DNA of 64,000 nt from Cyanophyceae cyanobacterium. Its GTDB lineage: Bacteria > Cyanobacteriota > Cyanobacteriia > Cyanobacteriales > JBHJGN01. A model generated the notes under the pieces. The model did no database searches and was not told the origin of the DNA. It saw nothing but the letters and a program-made list of their open reading frames with translations. The DNA lies in NCBI GenBank assembly GCA_050331735.1, contig JBHJGN010000029.1, positions 1-64,000 of the forward strand. Reading direction: 5' to 3'. The position numbers and the translations under genes are program-made. Below are positions 61,844-64,000 of this stretch, in pieces; the first letter of the stretch is position 1; each line of letters opens with the position of its first letter.

Positions 61844-63601
61844 ATGAAAAAATTGCTGCTACTGCTCTTGTTTGTTTTCGGTGTAGGAGTGGCGCTTTGG
61901 AACTTCAGCCCTCCACCCGGAGAATTTGAGTCGATTGTCCTCGATTTTCGTGAAGAGCTCTCACCAGCAGAAATCGAGCAATCCCTAGCAGCGATCGCGA
62001 CGCAGTATCATCACGAAGCAATTCTCAACAGTCCTTTTTCTAAGGGCGATCGCATTTATATTCTTCCGGGAGACCAGCATCAGCTCCAGGCACTCAAAAA
62101 AACGCCTCTGCTTCAAAAAACTGAAACCATCGAGCCGAACTACATCTATCACGCCTTGGAAGTTCCCAACGATCCAGGCTACAGCAAACAGTGGAACCTA
62201 CGCAGCATCCAGGTAGAAACCGCCTGGGACGACACTAAAGGGGAGGGGGTGACGGTGGCCGTCATTGATACCGGAGTAACGCAAGTTCGGGATCTGCGTC
62301 AGACAAAATTTGTCGAAGGCTACGACTTCATTGCCAATCGCTCGGAAGTACACGATGATGTCGGACACGGGACTCACGTTGCTGGCACCATTGCCCAATC
62401 CACTAACAACAGCTACGGCGTTGCGGGCATTGCCTACGAGGCGAAAATTATGCCGATTAAAGTTTTAGGCGCTGGTGGAGGCGGAACGGTCGCCGACATT
62501 GCTGAAGGCATTCGCTTTGCTGTCGACCACGGCGCAGACGTGATTAACCTCAGCTTAGGAGGCTTTGGAGAGAGCCAGCTCATGGCAGAGGCGATTAACT
62601 ACGCCTACGATAAGGGCAGCGTGATTGTGGGCGCAGCCGGCAACGCTAACCGCAATGCCGCCGCTTATCCGGCTCGCTATCCTCACGTGATCGGCGTTGC
62701 GGCCCTCGATGCGTCAGCGCAAAAAGCGTCCTATTCTAACTTTGGAGCCGGAGTCGATTTGGCCGCTCCTGGCGGGAGCGAACAGGGGCCAATTTTACAG
62801 AATACCGTCGATAGTGACGGAGAAGCCGTTTTTGCGGGTCACTGGGGAACCAGCATGGCTGCTCCTCACGTCGCGGGCGTTGCGGCTCTAGTCAAGGCGG
62901 CAGGGGTCACGGAACCGGAAGCCGTCTTAAAAGTACTGCGGCAGACCGCTCGTCAAGTGCCAGAAGATCCGCTCAATTACTACGGAGCCGGACAGCTAGA
63001 TGCCGGGGCGGCGGTCGCGTTAGCCCGTCGCGGGCAGATTACCGTGCAGGACTTTTTCCGCTGGCTCCGCGATAGTGGCTATCTCAACCCTCGTTTTTGG
63101 ATTGATGGCGGTGCCGTTGCCCTGTTCCCCAAAGTAGTCATGGTGGTTGGTTCTTATCTGTTGGCCTGGTTTTTACGCAATTATTTTCCCTTTCGCTGGA
63201 GCTGGTCCCTCGCTAGCGGACTGATGGCTGGCAGTGCGGGCCTGTTCTTTCTACGCGGCCTGTATATTTTCGATCTGCCTCAGTGGCCCTTCCGGGTTTT
63301 GGGTAGCTCTATTCCAGAGTTAGGAAATATTGTGCAGGGAAGCTCGGCGCTCAATCCGCTGTTTGCGAGTGCGTTCATTCCGTTTCTGCTGATAGTGCTC
63401 CTGCTAGGACATCCGGTCGGAAAGTGGTTTGCCATTGGGTCGGCGTTGGGCGTTGCGGCTTGTTTAGCCGTGAATGCTGTGTTATCTCCCCTGGTATGGG
63501 GACTTGGGACCGAAGGAGCCCGTTTGTTCCTAGGGATTAATGCCTTGCTGTGCTTGAGCTTAGCGTCCCTCGCCAGTCAAGGAGGGAGGCAAACCGCATG
63601 A
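61844..63601 (+). CDS. Membrane-anchored S8 subtilase
   Basis: VAVIDTG, GHGTHVAG and GTSMAAPHVAG catalytic triad; C-terminal TM helices. Confidence 0.93.
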   Translation: MKKLLLLLLFVFGVGVALWNFSPPPGEFESIVLDFREELSPAEIEQSLAAIATQYHHEAILNSPFSKGDRIYILPGDQHQLQALKKTPLLQKTETIEPNYIYHALEVPNDPGYSKQWNLRSIQVETAWDDTKGEGVTVAVIDTGVTQVRDLRQTKFVEGYDFIANRSEVHDDVGHGTHVAGTIAQSTNNSYGVAGIAYEAKIMPIKVLGAGGGGTVADIAEGIRFAVDHGADVINLSLGGFGESQLMAEAINYAYDKGSVIVGAAGNANRNAAAYPARYPHVIGVAALDASAQKASYSNFGAGVDLAAPGGSEQGPILQNTVDSDGEAVFAGHWGTSMAAPHVAGVAALVKAAGVTEPEAVLKVLRQTARQVPEDPLNYYGAGQLDAGAAVALARRGQITVQDFFRWLRDSGYLNPRFWIDGGAVALFPKVVMVVGSYLLAWFLRNYFPFRWSWSLASGLMAGSAGLFFLRGLYIFDLPQWPFRVLGSSIPELGNIVQGSSALNPLFASAFIPFLLIVLLLGHPVGKWFAIGSALGVAACLAVNAVLSPLVWGLGTEGARLFLGINALLCLSLASLASQGGRQTA

Positions 63602-63822
63602 GGATCACCGTGACGGGTAAAATCGAACGGAAAGGCATCGGTGCGGGGACATGGGCACTGGTAACGGAAGCAGGCGAAACCTACGAACTCACCAATGCTC
63701 CTCAACCATTGCGTCAGCCTCAAGCTAAGGTGAGAGTTGAAGGCAACATCCGCCAGGACGTGATGACGGTGGCTATGATTGGCCCTGTTCTTGAGGTGCG
63801 CTCTTACGAAGTCCTGCCATAG
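63598..63822 (+). CDS. Small hypothetical protein
   Basis: ATGA overlap with the S8 gene; GTWALVT...GETYEL...AMIGPVLEV. Confidence 0.7.
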   Translation: MRITVTGKIERKGIGAGTWALVTEAGETYELTNAPQPLRQPQAKVRVEGNIRQDVMTVAMIGPVLEVRSYEVLP

Positions 63823-64000
63823 ACCCAGGCAAGAAAAATTTAGCGGGTTCGCTCTAGACAGAACAAACTGACTGTATTTAGCAACAAAGGCGATCGCGCT
63901 ACTGGATAGCTTTTAGATTGCCAATGTTTCTGGTATTTTGTTTCTGACGCTCTTTTAACCACAGCCAACCCTTGGAAAAAGACCGGAAAAATTACCAAGC

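Noticed and set aside
228..62891. Many 60-155-aa ORFs nested in or antisense to recognised genes
   Set aside because: Shadow frames of well-supported CDSs.
1..64000. CRISPR array, rRNA or tRNA genes
   Set aside because: No regularly spaced repeats or complete cloverleaf/rRNA signatures seen by eye.
1..64000. High frequency of GCGATCGC as a novelty
   Set aside because: This is the well-known cyanobacterial HIP1; only the interrupted copies are reported as findings.

Overview
64-kb chromosomal window from a beta-cyanobacterium, judged from abundant HIP1 octamers (GCGATCGC), NDH-1MS genes, flv4-2, vipp1 and ftn2. Order of contents: (1) a siderophore/iron-uptake cluster (exbD, two FecCD-family permeases, ATPase, AraC regulator, AMIN-domain TonB-dependent receptor, binding protein); (2) a decayed patch with an MFS gene broken by two tiny insertions inside HIP1 sites, an IS630 element and a truncated Uma2 gene; (3) a low-CO2 cluster (ndhF3-ndhD3-cupA; an intact cmpA followed only by a deleted cmpC/D remnant; flv4-sll0218-flv2; a DUF6671-like gene) with LysR/NdhR-type boxes; (4) mostly housekeeping genes (aminotransferase, thioredoxin, vipp1/pspA, menB, rlmN, msrB, surE, pheS, clpS, murF, cobW with a cobalamin riboswitch, KirBac channel, pdhA, ftn2, S8 peptidase) mixed with PEP-CTERM and carbohydrate-binding surface proteins. 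I saw no rRNA, tRNA or CRISPR array. The most notable signals are several diverse 22-27-nt mini-hairpin elements inserted at the same position of HIP1 sites, the orphaned cmpA, and two structured intergenic regions that may encode RNAs. All product calls come from recognising the sequence by eye; no searches were run.
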